A DNA stretch of 64,000 bases from Octopus sinensis (GCF_006345805.1 NC_043014.1:45756001-45820000), one strand, 5' to 3'. Shown: positions 12,570-26,817, counted from the stretch's first letter. The notes: generated by a model from the letters alone, not told the origin. Made by a program: numbers and translations.

Positions 12570-12699
12570 ACAGCTACTACTACTACTACTACCACCACTT
12601 CTGCTGCTACTACTACTACTACTACCACCACTTCTGCTACTACTACTACTACTACCACCACCACCACTTCTGCTGCTACCACCACTTCTGCTGCTGCTG

Positions 12700-12730
<31 letters not shown>

Positions 12731-13110
12731 CACTTCTGCTGCTACTACTACTACTACCATCACCACTGCTACCACCGGTATATACTACCACCACCACCAC
12801 CATTACTATCATCGCTATATACTACTACCACCACCACCTCTACTATCACTGGTATATACTACTACTACTGCCACCACTGCTGATACCACTACTACTACTC
12901 CCTAAACCTATACAAACAGTACCAACACTATCAATACAATACAACTACCACTACTCCTTCTCCTCCTAACATCAATACAATACTACTACCAAAACTGCTA
13001 CCAACAAAACTACCACCACCACCACTATTACAACTACTACTGCTACCAACATCATCAATTGGATTAAAACCTCTATAAACAACCACCACCACCACCATCA
13101 CCATCGTCAT
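12570..13110. repeat. (CTA/CCA/CTG)n trinucleotide field
   Basis: Direct reading; source of the poly-Y/H, poly-S/G and poly-V ORFs. Confidence 0.9.
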
Positions 13111-13214
13111 CATTGACAACTCTATGTGAGCCAACAAAATGCCTCTTTACATAGTTGCTTGATCTGCTAGAAATAGCAGTCACGTTGCTCACAAATTACA
13201 CTGTAATTTGATGT

Positions 13215-13313
13215 AAGAAAGAGAGGGAGGAAGAAAGAAAGAAAGAGAGAAAGAGAGAGAGAGAGAAAGAAAGAGAGAGAGAGAAAGAAAGAAAGAAAGA
13301 GAGAGAGAAAGAG

Positions 13314-13344
<31 letters not shown>

Positions 13345-13363
13345 AAAAGAGAGAGAGAGAGAG
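13215..13363. repeat. (GAAA)n/(GA)n microsatellite
   Basis: Direct reading. Confidence 0.95.
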
Positions 13364-13576
13364 TATGTTTTTGTGCACAGATAGAATACCATGCAGTGTA
13401 TAGTGATGTAACTTAGGTGAATTCAGTCACTTGATAAAAAGGGATCATTATATAAAAATGGCTGACTGAAAATAAGTACAGGGAATCAGTATAGTTGGTT
13501 ACCATCTGAGATGGTGTTGCTCTAGCATGGCCACAGGCCAATGACTGAAAATTGCTAACAAAAAAAAAAATCAACA

Positions 13577-13975
13577 GAGGAGTGGCTGTGTGGTAAGTAG
13601 CTTGTTTACCAACCACATGGTTCTGGGTTCATTCCCACTGCATGGCACCTTGGGCAAGTGTCTTCTACTGTAGCCTCGGGCTGACCAAAGCCTTGTGAGT
13701 GGATTTGGTAGACGGAAACTGAAAGAAGCCCGTCGTATATATATATATATATATGTATATATGTGTGTATGTGTGTGTGTTTGTCCCCCCAACATCGCTT
13801 GACAACGGATGCTGGTGTGTTTACGTCTCTGTAACTAAGTGGTTCAGCAAAAGAGACCAATAGAATAAGTACTGGGCTTACAAAGAATAAGCCCTGGGGG
13901 CGATTTGCTCAACTAACGGCGGTGTTCCAGCATGGCCACAATCAAATAACTGTAACAAGTAAAAGAGTAAAAGAA
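13577..13975 (+). mobile_element. SINE family A, full length
   Basis: GGAGTGGCTGTGTGGTAAG head to AAGTAAAAGAGTAAAAG tail. Confidence 0.9.
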
Positions 13976-14779
13976 TGAAAAAAGGTCAGCAAAACCAGAA
14001 ACAAAGAACCAGACAAAAAGACCAAAATCTCATATCAATGTTTCCCTCCCAAAGATCTAAACCATTCCTCTGTTCTCAGACCTTTCTGTGTTCCCAAGGG
14101 ACAGCGAAAGAATGAAGAGAGAGAGAGAGGGAAAGAAGATGATGAGGAGGGGTTGTGGGTTTTGAAAGGTTTTCCGGCAGGGAGGAGAAAAAAAAGAACA
14201 CACCACAATTATGCAGTATTGACAATAATTGTTGAATTGGGATTTTTTAAGTGAATGTGTGGTGGTGTTGGTGGCAGTGGTAGAATATACCCACATGTGT
14301 GTGTGTGTGTGCGCGGTGAGGGGGGTGGGGGAGGTCAGCTTTATTTTATTTATTTATTTATTTATCTATAGTGCATAGATTGTTGTTGAATGCGGTGGTG
14401 GTGGTGGTGATGGTGGTGTTCTGCTCCATGTCAGCCCACGTCATTGCCATCATTGTTCCCCACCTCGCCACCACCACCACCATAATCTCCTCTGCCACCT
14501 TCACTTATCCACTAACACTAATGATAATTACCAGAGAGCCTTTATGAGCCAAGCCAGTGTGTCAACAAAAAAGGGGTTTCTACAGGGTTGTTCAACTTGC
14601 TAGAAATAGCAGCCACTCCGCCCTCAAATCACACACACTATCATTTAAAAAAAAACCCAAAATGATACAGTTTGGTGTTACACTATGAGGTGGAGGCTTG
14701 TTGGTTTGTTTATGTCCCTGTGATTCAGGGGTAATAATTGCTATTCTCTCATTGTCTTGTCTTTCTGTCTGCCTATTTG

Positions 14780-15745
14780 GCAATCAGTTTGTGTCTGTGT
14801 CAGTGTAATGCAGTGTGTATGTAGAATGTGTGTGTGTATGTGGTGCTTATGTGTGTGTGTGTAGTGTTTGTGTGTGTGTGTGTGTGCGTATATTGTTTGT
14901 GTGTGCATGTAGTGTTTGTGTATGTGTGTGTGTAGTGTTTGTGCGTGTGTGCGTGTAGTATTTGTGTGTGTGTGTGTGTAGTGTTTGTGTGTGCTTATAA
15001 TGTTTGTGTGTGTGTGCGCGCATAGTGTTTGTGTGTGTATAGTGTTTGTGTATGCGTGTAGTGCTTGTATGTGTGTGTGTGTGTAGTGCTTGTGTGTGTG
15101 TGTGTGTGTAGTGCTTTTATGTGTGTGTGTAGTGTGTTTGTGTGTGTGTGTGTCTTTCGTGTTGTCAGTCAACAACCATGTATGTCACCAAACAAACGGT
15201 TTTTCTTGTCAAACTGAAATCCTTCCAGTCTTTTCAGAAACAGTTTAACAAGGAAAACCAATCTTTTAACCAATTTCCTTCCTTGTTTTTACTTCCTAAT
15301 ACACAAGGAAGGAAGGAAGAGAGGGAAAAGATTGTGGTGGGTGTGGGTGTGTGTGGAGGGGGGGACAGATCAGGGGTGAAGGAAAAGGATATCAGTATTT
15401 TTCAGATGAAAAGGAAACAGTTATGACAAAGGTCATATCTGCAGTCGAGTTTTATACATATACATATGTACACACACACATATATAATACACACACACAT
15501 ACATATATATACGTATACATACATATACATACATATACGTATACATACATATATATATACACACACACATACGTATACATACATATATATATACACACAC
15601 ACATACGTATATACATATATATACACACACACCACGTATATATATATATATATACACACACGTTATATATATATATATATACACACACATATATATATAC
15701 ATATACACACACACATATACATATACACACACACACATATATACA

Positions 15746-15776
<31 letters not shown>

Positions 15777-15978
15777 TTATATATATATACACACACAACA
15801 CATATATAATATATACACACACCACATATATATATATATATACCTACATACAGATACACAATATATATATACATACATATATATACACACACACACACAT
15901 ATATATATACATACATACACACACATATATACATACATACACACACATATATATATATACATAGATACACACATATAT

Positions 15979-16009
<31 letters not shown>

Positions 16010-16075
16010 CATACATACACACACATATATATATATATATACATACATACATACACACACATATAAGTGTGTGTA
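14780..16075. repeat. (TG)n-based minisatellite (GTGTAGTGTTTGTGT units, 14780-15150) and (TA/CA)n array (15455-16075)
   Basis: Direct reading. Confidence 0.9.
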
Positions 16076-16531
16076 TGTCGTCGTTGTAATGTGCGTATGA
16101 GAGACAGTTACAAAATAATAAAGAGAAAATGAGAGATGGTTAAGACGGAGAGGGTGGTGGTGGTGGTGGTAGTTTCTCAGTCATGTAACTAACCTAAATT
16201 TCCTTCGTACAAAGAAGACCCAGAGATTGCAGAAACTGCACCCCCTTAAAACAAACAAACAATCCATTTCGTGCCTCTTGAAAGTAGATAAGGAAATATT
16301 TATATTAAGAATCTATCAGCTTGCTGATGGTGATGGTAGCAGTGTGAGGAGGAGGAGGAGGAGGGAGAAGGGACACGACACAAAAGGGCAATTCAAGAAA
16401 CCCCCGCCACACCCACTGCCCCCCCTCATCCCCATTTCTGCACTTCGTTCCCTCAGTCTGCAATAAATTAAAATAAATTTTTTCCATCCACATCTTAAAA
16501 GTCAAAAGAAAAGACATAAGGACCTTTGATT

Positions 16532-16843
16532 GTTGTTGTTTGTTCCTTCTCGAGCCATGCCTGGCTCATAAGGGCTGGTTTCCCCGGTTTCCTTGGCGTA
16601 TAGGTTCCCCACCTGGACGGGACGCCGGTCCATCGCAGGTGAGCTGCAAGATGCAGGAGGAAAGAGTGAGAGAAAGTTATGGCGAAAGAGTCAGCACAAG
16701 TTTCACCATTACCTTCTGCTGGAGCCGCGTGGAGCTTAGGTTGTTTCGCTCATAAACACACACATCGTCCGGTCTGAGATTCGAACCCGCGATCCCTTAA
16801 CTGCGAGTCCGCTGCTCTAACCACTAGGCCATGGTGCCTCCAC
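16532..16843 (-). mobile_element. tRNA-derived SINE family D with (AAC)n tail and 14-bp TSD
   Basis: Minus-strand head TGGCCTAGTGGTTAGAGC...GGTTCGAATC (A and B boxes); TSD AAGGACCTTTGATT at 16518-16531 and 16844-16857; contains CCTGCGATGGACCGGCGTCCCGTCCAGG, which resembles the V-SINE domain (from recall). Confidence 0.9.
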
Positions 16844-16952
16844 AAGGACCTTTGATTAGTGGTTTGCAAATGCCGGTGGTTTCCATTCCAATATGCAGTC
16901 CCTCGGCCACATCAGATTTACAGTTAAATTCTCTCTTCATAAAGGAGACGGG

Positions 16953-17092
16953 GTAGGAAGAGCATCCAGCTGTAGAAACTCTGCCAGGTCAAGATTGGAG
17001 CCTGGTGCAGCCATCTGGTTTGCCAGCCCTCAGTCAAAATCGTCCAACCCATGCTAGCATGGAAGGTGGACGTTAAACGATGATGATGATGA
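16953..17092 (+). mobile_element. SINE family C, 3' part
   Basis: TAGGAAGAGCATCCAGCTGTAGAAAC...GGACGTTAAACGATGATGAT. Confidence 0.85.
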
Positions 17093-17135
17093 CAATCTCA
17101 GACAGAATGGTTTCAACCATAGGATTTCTTCATCA

Positions 17136-17201
<66 letters not shown>

Positions 17202-17987
17202 GCTGATATACTGACCACATCAAGTTAATGCTTAGGGACTTGATTTGTCCAACAGCACTAACAATAGCAACCACCATCACCATGGCAATTTCCTCATGAC
17301 AACAGTGGTGGTGGTGCTGCTGGTGGTGGTGATGTTGGTGGGAGTGATGATGAGGCTAATGATGATAGTGGTGGTGGTGATGATGATGAGGGTAGTAATG
17401 ATGGTGATGCTGAAGTTGCTGTTGTCATTGAGCTGCAGGTCAATGTTGACCAAGCAGACCTATGATTAACAGGAATTCCAGCTATGGCTATCCCTTAGGA
17501 CTAAATAACTTCATATAAGACAACTACTTAATTTAATGTTGTTTTTATGACAACGAGGTGTATTTTCAAGGCAGAGTTGGCTACTATTTCTATCAGGTTG
17601 AATAACAAAGTGATTCCAACCATGGCGACCCAGAATTTTCAGAGTAGTTACAAAGGCTTCATAATTGTTTATATATCACTCCCATCTTTGCATAAGGGTG
17701 GGGAATCATTTACAGGTAGGATTTGGCTGCCATTTCTAGCAGGTCCACCATGGATGATGTGGTGGTGTTCAAGATGTTCCTCATAAAACAGTTCCTTGAA
17801 CTATCATAAAAGAGGTGTGGTTGAAATAACAATTGAATGAATTGACAAGCATGAAATGAATTAGCTACAAAAAATAAACATGGCTGCATCAAGGAAGGCT
17901 TATGACATTTCTCTTCTGTTTTTTTTTTTGTCAGAATTGCTTTTGTAAACAGAAAATTTAGACATTGCCTCCTGTATCAACTGCTGC

Positions 17988-18034
<47 letters not shown>

Positions 18035-18665
18035 CACACACACATGTATATGTACATATACATATATACATAAATATACATACACACACATATATACATA
18101 AATATACATACACACACATATATACATAAATATACATAGATACACATTTATATACATAAATATACATACACACACATATATACATAATATACATACACAC
18201 ACTATATACATAAATATACATAGATACATACATATATACATAAATATACATACATACACATATATATATACATAAATATACATACATACACATATATATA
18301 TACATAAATATACATACATACACATATTTATATACATAAATATACATACATACACATATTTATATACATAAATATACATAAATATACATACATACACACA
18401 CATATATACATAAATATACACACATATACATACATACATATACACAAACACACATACATACAATTATATACATACACACACACACATATATATATACATA
18501 TGTACATAAATATACATACACATATATACATAAATATATATACACAAATATAGACATAAATACACACAAACATATGTATACATAAATATACATACACACA
18601 AACAAATAAACATACACACACATTTATTTATGCATAAACACATATATATCTCTATATACTTATAT
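17988..18665. repeat. (TG)n followed by a minisatellite of CATATATACATAAATATACATACACA units
   Basis: Direct reading. Confidence 0.9.
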
Positions 18666-18994
18666 ACATGAATGGGGTGAGCTCCCAGCAGCAGACAACA
18701 AAGCCCCATAGAGGATATCAAGACAAAGATAAGGGTCTTTGATTCTCAAGTATCTTCCTTACACACACATCCACCCTTAATGCTACCCCTATCAATAAGA
18801 TTTATTCAGCAGACTTTTTGACATTTATTTACTTTAGTTTATAATCCTAATTAACCACCACCATCATCATCATCATCAAAATTTGCATTAAATCTTACCA
18901 TGTTTCACTTCTATGAAGCTAATAATGCTTTTAGGATAGGCATGAAAGCCACAACTTCCTAACCCTCAACCACTTCATTTCAATACATCAACAC

Positions 18995-19395
18995 AGGCGC
19001 AGGAGTGGCTGTGTGGTAAGTAGCTTGTTTACCAACCACATGGTTCCGGGTTCAGTCCCACTGCATGGCACCTTGGGCAGGTGTCTTCTACTATAGCGTT
19101 GTGTGTTTATTGAGCGAAAACACCTAAAGCTCCACGAGGCTCCGGCAGAGGGTGGTGGCGACCCCTGTTGTACTCTTTTGCTCCAACTTCCTCTCACTCT
19201 TTCTTTCTGTTTCTTATCCCCGACTTCCTACGCAACCGCTGAGCCTGGATGCACATTCATCCATCTGTCGATGCTCTGGTGTCGGCGGTTGACCTGCTTT
19301 CTCTTCTGCGGGTCTTAAGAATAGCAAAGGGCCACGTTTCGGACTTCTCCCACTACAGAATGGGACGAAGACCGCTTTGAGCAACAGCAACAAGA
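18995..19395 (+). mobile_element. Chimeric SINE: family A head joined to a family D-like body with a different 3' half
   Basis: A head 18995-19097, then TGTGTGTTTATTGAGCGAAAACACCTAAAGCTCCACG homologous to the 16532-16843 element, ending GCAACAGCAACAAG. Confidence 0.7.
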
Positions 19396-20589
19396 AATAC
19401 ATAAAGAGTCTTCCTGAAGGATACAGTGTGCTGCCAGGAACCGAACTCAAGACCTTATGATTGGAAGCCAAATACCGTAACCAGAGAGGCCATGTGCCTT
19501 CACTTACATTAACAAAAGACAGAATCATAATTTTTTTTTTTTAACTTTTACCTTTACATGGAACAGAGGGGGGGGGGCATTTATTAATCATCATCATCAT
19601 CAATGGCATTATGATCATTCTGAAATGTAATCTCTACTTTTGTTTCCAAGAGTCAGACAACAGCAGCAGCTGTAGAAATCAGGGAGCTAAAAGGGGTTCA
19701 TTGTCCGCAACGAAGGGGAAGGGTAAAGAGTCTAAAACAGGGGCCAATAGTGTTCAGCTGCCACAATCTTCTCCTCCTCCTCCCGCCACTCTACTATAAC
19801 TTGCTTACCCCCTCCTTGTCCCCGCAGCTACCACCCACCCCTAGTTTTAGCAGTTGCAATGATGAAGGAAGAAGATACCTGTTTATTTTGTTCCCTTGTT
19901 TTATTTTATTTTTTTTGTATATTAATTTTTTTTTTTTTCTGTTTGTGTAATTTTTATGTATGTCAAAATGTGACTATAATGAACTTAGAAGGAAGTAATT
20001 GCAGGAAGGCAAGGAAGGAGGAGATGGAGAGGAGGAGGAGGAGGAGAGACAGTATATATGCAGGATGAAAAGGTCAGGGGGGCAGCAAGCAGAATGTAAA
20101 GAGAGAATAAGAACAAGGGAAGAAGCAAAAGACAAAGGAATATGAAAGAGGGGAGTGGGAGGAGTGAAAGAAAGAAAGAAAGAAAGTTGCAACTGCTTCT
20201 GTGTGCATGAGAGAGAGGGAGGAGGGAGAAGTATGGAGAATGAGAGAAACAGGGCAGAGGGAAACAAAGGGTCAAAAGTGACCAGCTAGAAATAGAAGTC
20301 AAATCCCCGAACCACAATGTGTCCTAGAAGGACACATTAGATGATGTAGTCCAAAAGGATTGACCAGGAACACTACAACAACAACAACCACTAGTCAGCA
20401 TATAGAGGTGTTTAACCCTAGGGAAACCCTGACAGAGCAGGTCTATGATCAAAAGTATTCCAGCTGTGACCATCCCGTCATTGTAGGGCTGAGATTAAAG
20501 TATCTAATGTGTACTTCCTCTATCTAAGTAGGTTATAGAATTTAGATGGAGGTTTGACTTCTATTTTTAGCAGGTCCAGAAACCTTAAA

Positions 20590-20808
20590 CCCTTTAGTGT
20601 TCAGATTATTCTATCAAACATAATGCTTATTGATTCCCATTGATTTGAATTAATCATGCATTACCGCATATCTTCAAGATCTTGATGGTGTAATTGCTTA
20701 ATGTAGAATAACATTGTAGGGTAGGTGTGAGGGCCTGGATCTGGTCAGTTTGAATACAAAACAGATTAAATTTTTTGGCCGGATATGGCCGGTTTAAATA
20801 CTAATGGG
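20590..20808 (-). mobile_element. piggyBac-like MITE family 1
   Basis: CCCTTTAG...CTAATGGG ends with TTAA on the right; interior is the reverse complement of 47221-47442. Confidence 0.8.
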
Positions 20809-22317
20809 TTAATGATGATTATGATGATAATGATGATGGTGGCTTTTAAACTGTACTAATCTAGTTTCTTCAGGTTTTATTTCGAAAAGATGGCAATCTT
20901 CAGGAAATAGTCAAAGACCTGTTAAAAACAATGCAACCAAGAATATCCCCAAGAATATGCTAGATATAGCAGCTAAATCTCTCTTAAATCACTCTCAACT
21001 ATCTTTGAAAAGGTGGGGATGATGTATATGATGATAGAGATGATGATGATGATGATACCAGAAAATGATGGGGAATATATAAAGCAATATCAAAAACAAA
21101 ACAAAAGAAAAAGAATTGAAATAAAACTAAAAAGATTACTTGTCACCAAGGAATTAAATCCAGAACTATGTCAGAAAGTGATGGGGGTGGGAAAAGGGTA
21201 GCTGGTAGTAGTAGTAGTAGAAGTGAATGCTGTAACCATTTCAGAGATGTTATCAAATAACTAGTTAGTACATACACCAAAACCTATTTCAAGATGTTTA
21301 AGATTGTATTGCAAACAATAACTATTGAAATATTTTCTCTGTACACAGACAAAGATACCAAGAAGAGGGCAAGAAGGAGATAGTTCTTTGCTCTTCCTAT
21401 TCTTTCTTTCTCTCTCACTCTCTCTCCCTGCACATAATTCAACAAAAGGGAGTCTTATTTGTTTCCAGTGTCAACCTTAAAGAAACAATGGATTCTTGTT
21501 CTAACTCTGTGTGTGTGTAAATGTATGTATGTATGTATGTATGTATGTATGTATGTATATATGTGTGTATGTGTGTATGTATGTATGTATACTGCTGAAA
21601 ATCATGATAATGGAAGGATTGTTCCAAGGATTATTTCAACAACATCCTGATTGGTGCATTCGAGTCATGTGACCTTCAGCATCTGCCAGCCCCACCCTCC
21701 TCGCAATATCTCCATTTCTCACTCAGTGTGGTGTAATTATGTAGCACAAACCAAAATAAAAATAACGATGACGGTTTCTAATATTGGAACAAAAAAAAAA
21801 AAACAAAAAAAAAGAAAAGAAGACCACCACCACAAACCTTAGATAAGGATTTAAAAGTAGATTTATATTTGGCTAATGCTTAATTTTGTTTAATTTCTTT
21901 TTTTTACCAGGATTTGAATTCACAATCTGAATAACTTGAAACTGAATACTGCCAGACATTCTATGTCCAGTGCTTTGCCATTCTTGCTACCATACCAAGA
22001 CAAAAATTGCTTCAAGACTAGACAGAAGGTTTGAAATTCAGAGCAGGGGTTTAGTTGATATAACTGATCCCAGCACTTGACTGATTCTTATTTCATCGAC
22101 CCCCAGAAGGATGAAAGGCAAAGTTGATCTTGGCACAATTTGAACTCAGAACTTAAAGAACTGGAAAAAATATAGCAGGACCTTTTTGTTCCATACTCTG
22201 ATTCTATCAATAATAATAATAATAATTATTATTATTATAATAATAATTCTGTGATTCAATTAATTTTGAAAGTAATGAAGAATTTGCAAGGATTTAGTAA
22301 AATAAGGCATTGGTGCA

Positions 22318-22645
22318 GTAGTGGATGTGTGGTAAGAAGCCTGCTTCCCAACCACAAGGTTCCGGGTTCAGTCTCACTGCGTGGCACTTGGACAAGTGTC
22401 TTCTACTATAACCTCGGGTTGACCAAAGCCTTGTGAGTGGATTATTATGATTATGTATGTATGTGTGTCTGTGTTTGTCCCACCACCATCGCTTGACAAC
22501 CGATGCTGGTGTGTTTGCGTCCCCATAACTTAGCAGTTTGGCAAAAGAGACTGACAGAATAAGTACTAGGCTTACAAAGATTTGCTCAACTAAAGGCAGT
22601 GCTCCAGCATGGCTGCAGTCAAATAACTGAAACATGTAAAAGAAT
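22318..22645 (+). mobile_element. SINE family A with internal deletions
   Basis: Head and tail motifs present. Confidence 0.8.
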
Positions 22646-23463
22646 AAAATAACTGTCATATGTTGGTCGCTCCCAGGTCAGCTTTGAAGGAGCAGAACTA
22701 TTGACTACAGGTGATCTAACCATGACCATCTCAAGAGAAACCACACTATTAACCCTGAAAGGGGTTGATAAAATAAGCGTCGCTCAAGTACTGGGGTTGA
22801 TGCAATTGACTTCCTCCTCCCCCTCGGAGACTTCTGACCCTTTATCAGAATTCAAAATTATTATTATTACCCCCCTTTTGGCCAGGCTCCCGTGGCTTTT
22901 GTGGGTTTTTCCATGTGAGACCTTTACTTTTTTTTCAAAGCGTCTCCTCTATTGGGAGTTTTTCGTTGTTAAACTGCCTTTTTTACTCAATGTTTTCACA
23001 AACGGACAAAACCTTTTGTAACCTTTCGTCCTGTTTTGTCCCTTTATGTTTTCCAATCATGTTTGTCAGCCCTTGTGGCCAATAAAAGATTAATTATTAT
23101 TATTATTATTATTATTACCTTCAAAATGGAAATTAAATAGCAGATATTAATAAGATAAAAACAGAGTTGAGAATTCATGAAACTAGACATAAAATTTCCA
23201 TAAATACATATGTGTGTGCATGCATATGTTTGTGTGTGTGTCTGTGTGTGTGTAACTTTAGTTGGGAAACGGCGACTCCTGTGTTTGCGATAAGCCATAG
23301 AACTAAGACTAAACTTGTTATCAAGTTGATGGGATCTGCAGGTGCAGCCGAATATCATGCAGAGAGCCCTTAAGTCAGCCTGTAGGGCAGGGTGGATGGA
23401 CACTCCTCACTGTATAGGTAGATGTGTGTAAGAGTGTATATAAACGCAAAAGCATACACATGA

Positions 23464-23495
<32 letters not shown>

Positions 23496-23511
23496 GCACA
23501 CACATACACTC

Positions 23512-23728
23512 TTAAAAGAAAACTCTGGTAAATATATAAATATTTTTAAATACATATATGTATGTGTGTGTGTGTGTATATATATTCACACAAACATACA
23601 TACATACATACATACATACATACACAGATATATATGTATATTATATATATACACACACACATGTATATATATATATACAGACACACACACACATATTTAT
23701 ATTTATATATAATATATGTGTGTGTGTA

Positions 23729-23771
<43 letters not shown>

Positions 23772-23821
23772 TCATGTGTATACTTTTGCGTGTATATATA
23801 TGTATGTATATGTTTGTGTGA

Positions 23822-23867
<46 letters not shown>

Positions 23868-23910
23868 TTAAAAATATTTATATATTTCCTAAAGAGTTTT
23901 CTTCTTTTAA
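23512..23910. repeat. Fold-back inverted duplication built around microsatellites
   Basis: TTAAAAGAAAACTCT..TAAATATATAAATATTTTTAAATA at left, reverse complement at 23860-23910; inner arms TATTCACACAAACATA / TATGTTTGTGTGAATA. Confidence 0.8.
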
Positions 23911-24357
23911 ATGCAATTCACTTCCATTTGCTTATTTAAAGAAGATAACAGAGTCTACAGTTTCAGTGCAAATGTTTCAGGAAAAAAAACAAAAAAAATC
24001 AGTTCAGATATTTTGATTAAACTGATAACGAATAACCCCCACCCACCCACTAATACCACTACCACCACCCGTATCACCACTCCCTCTACCATTCTTGAAG
24101 CTGTGTGTTTGTGTATGTGTGTGGCTCCTGGGGGACGATAGAAAAATATTAGTTGCGGTAATAGTAGTAGTGGTTGTGGTGTTGATGATGATGATGAAGG
24201 TGGTGGTGGTGGTGGCAGTGGTGGTGGTGGTGACAGTGGCAGTGATGTTAATGTTGTAGTAAGGTGCTATTTGACAAGATTGATGCAAACAAATAACAGA
24301 AATATATATACAAATATAACACCTGTGTTGTTTGGATATTGCTAAATGGGAGTAGCA

Positions 24358-24399
<42 letters not shown>

Positions 24400-24579
24400 C
24401 ATACATACACACAGAAAGTGAAAAGATGAAAAAACACAGAAGATTTGTTTTATAAGGTTAAGGAGTATATTAGAGTCCTAATAATAAAGATATACAATTT
24501 CGTACAAAAATAAGATTTCGTCCATTCAATATAAACTAAGAACTGGTTCGCATTGCTCATCAAGTTAAGGGTTATTTTC

Positions 24580-24633
<54 letters not shown>

Positions 24634-24636
<3 letters not shown>

Positions 24637-24983
24637 TTTCTCTATCCGCTCAGTCGAAGTCGACTCTCGGTCACTCGTTGGATCAGTGTCCTCCAGTCAG
24701 TTCTATCCTGGGCCGCTTCCTTCAAACTGGCCATGTCCATTCCGGTATCACTCTTGATGGTGTCAAGCCAGTGGGTTCTTGGTCGGCCTCTTCCTCTCTT
24801 GCCACTGACCATTCCGAGCATGATGTTCTTCTCCAGAGATTTTCTCCACATAATATGACCGAAATATGCCAATCTATGCTTGGTGATCCTAGCTTCTAGC
24901 GACATTTTTGGCCTTATCTGCTTAAGAACTTCTCCATTGGTGAGCCTCGCTGTCCATGGAATCCACAAAAGTCTTCAACACCA
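24634..24983 (-). mobile_element. RTE-clade (BovB-like) LINE, extreme 3' fragment
   Basis: WC*RLLWIPWTARLTNGEVL...YFGHIMWRKSLEKNIMLGMVSGKRGRGRPRTHWLDTIK...AQDRTDWR...VTESRLRL*, the typical RTE C-terminus; ends in (TA)n. Confidence 0.9.
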
Positions 24984-25030
24984 AACACCAACACCAACAA
25001 ATATATTAGTTGTGGAGGGTTCTAAATTAA

Positions 25031-25247
25031 CCATTTAACATTTCAACTAGTCATACTTCTCGGTCCAAATATTCTTCCTGGTTTTATCTTTAAGACCAGA
25101 ATTGGTCTCTCACATCTACCCTACAATCCTATACTAAAAACGAACAATCACATCATTGAAATCTCAATGCTATGAGATAATGCATGATTAATTACAATGT
25201 GAATAGATAAGCATTGCATTTGACAGAGTAATCTGAACACTAAAGGG
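25031..25247 (+). mobile_element. piggyBac-like MITE family 1
   Basis: TTAA|CCATTTA...CTAAAGGG|TTAA. Confidence 0.8.
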
Positions 25248-25298
25248 TTAAAACTTATCAAAATCTCACTATAATTTATTTTCTAAATGCAAGCTTAA

Positions 25299-26129
25299 CC
25301 CTTAAGCATTTAGATTATTTTGTCAAATGTAATTCTTATTTATTCACATTGTTTTGGATTAATCATGCATTATAGCGGCTGTGTGGTAAGTAGCTTGCTT
25401 ACCAACCACATGGTTCTGGGTTCAGTCACACTGTGTGGCACCTTGGGCAAGTGTCTTCTACGATAGCCTCGGGCTGACCAATGCCTTGTGATGGATTTGG
25501 TAGACGAAAACTAAAAGAAGCCCGTTGTTATATGTGTATGTATGTATATATATATTGGCGCAGGAGTGGCTGTGTTGTAAATCGCTTGCTTACAACCACA
25601 TGTTCCGGTTCAGTCCCCACAGCATGGCACCTTGGCAAGTGTCTTCTACTATAGCTTCGGGCCAACCAAAGCCTTGTGAGTGGATTTGTAGACGGAAACT
25701 GAAAGAAGCCCTAGTATATATGTATATGTATGTGTGTGTGTGTGTGTGTGTATATATTTGTGTGTCTGTCTGCCCCCCCCCCATCTGACATTGCATGGCA
25801 ACTGATGGTGGTGTGTTTACGTCCCCATAACTTAGCGGTTTGGCAAAAGAAACCGAGAGAATAAATACTGGGCTTACAAAGAATAAGTCCTGGTGTCGAT
25901 TCGCTCGACTAAAGGCGGTACTCCAGCATGGCCACAGTCAAATGACTGAAACAAGTGAAAGAGTAAAAAAAGAGTAAAGAGTATCTCTCATAGCTTTGAG
26001 ATTTTGATGATGCGTTTGTTTACTTTTAGTATTAGAGTAGGGTAGGTGTGAGAGACCAAATTTGGCCAGTTTGAAAATAAAACAGGTTGAATATTTGGGC
26101 CCGACATAGCTGGTTTAAACGCTGAAGGG
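25299..26129 (-). mobile_element. piggyBac-like MITE family 1 interrupted by SINE A
   Basis: TTAA|CCCTTAAG...CTGAAGGG|TTAA; the MITE sequence stops near 25374 and resumes near 25983. Confidence 0.8.
25375..25983 (+). mobile_element. SINE family A: left module (25375-25525) plus a complete copy (25557-25983)
   Basis: Two tRNA-like heads separated by a TA/TG tract, one tail. Confidence 0.85.
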
Positions 26130-26817
26130 TTAACAGTGGCAAAATGATTTTACCAAATACCTCCTTATTTTGAAAATTAATTGAAGTATAAGTTAGAGCA
26201 TTTCAACAGAAATTTCGTAAGGGTTAATCGTTTCATAATGATATCTCTAATGAACCCACCATCTACATGTGGTAAATTAATTGTGAAAATAATCAAGAAT
26301 TTTAATAGGTTTTAGGAAAAATAACTGTCATTATTAATTTGGGTATTTGGAATATGAAAATGCTTTAACATAAAATTATGTAGGAAGGTTAAAATTTAAA
26401 TAAAAAGACTTTCAGAGAGCTTGGCAGATTGGTGTTGACAGGGTCAGTGTAATAGAGAAAAGAAGGATGTGGAAGAATTTGGTAAGGCAGCAAGGGAAAA
26501 AAATTGAATGGGACGGGGAGGAGAAGAAAGAGGAGAGGGAGTGAAAATAAGAGAGGGATGAAGAAAGAGCAAAAATTGTGTGTATATACATGTATATATT
26601 TATTTTTAAGTTATTATACAAAAACAATTTAACGTTAAATTAAAACATTCTTTTTTTTCTATTTTTGTGGTCATTTTTTTTTTTCTTGTTTCAGTCAGTT
26701 TGAACTGTGGCCTAATTGGAGCAGCATCTTAAAGGTTTTTTTTAAATCAATGTTTGACATATATATATATATATATACACACATACATATATATATATTT
26801 CTACAATTAAAAGATCT

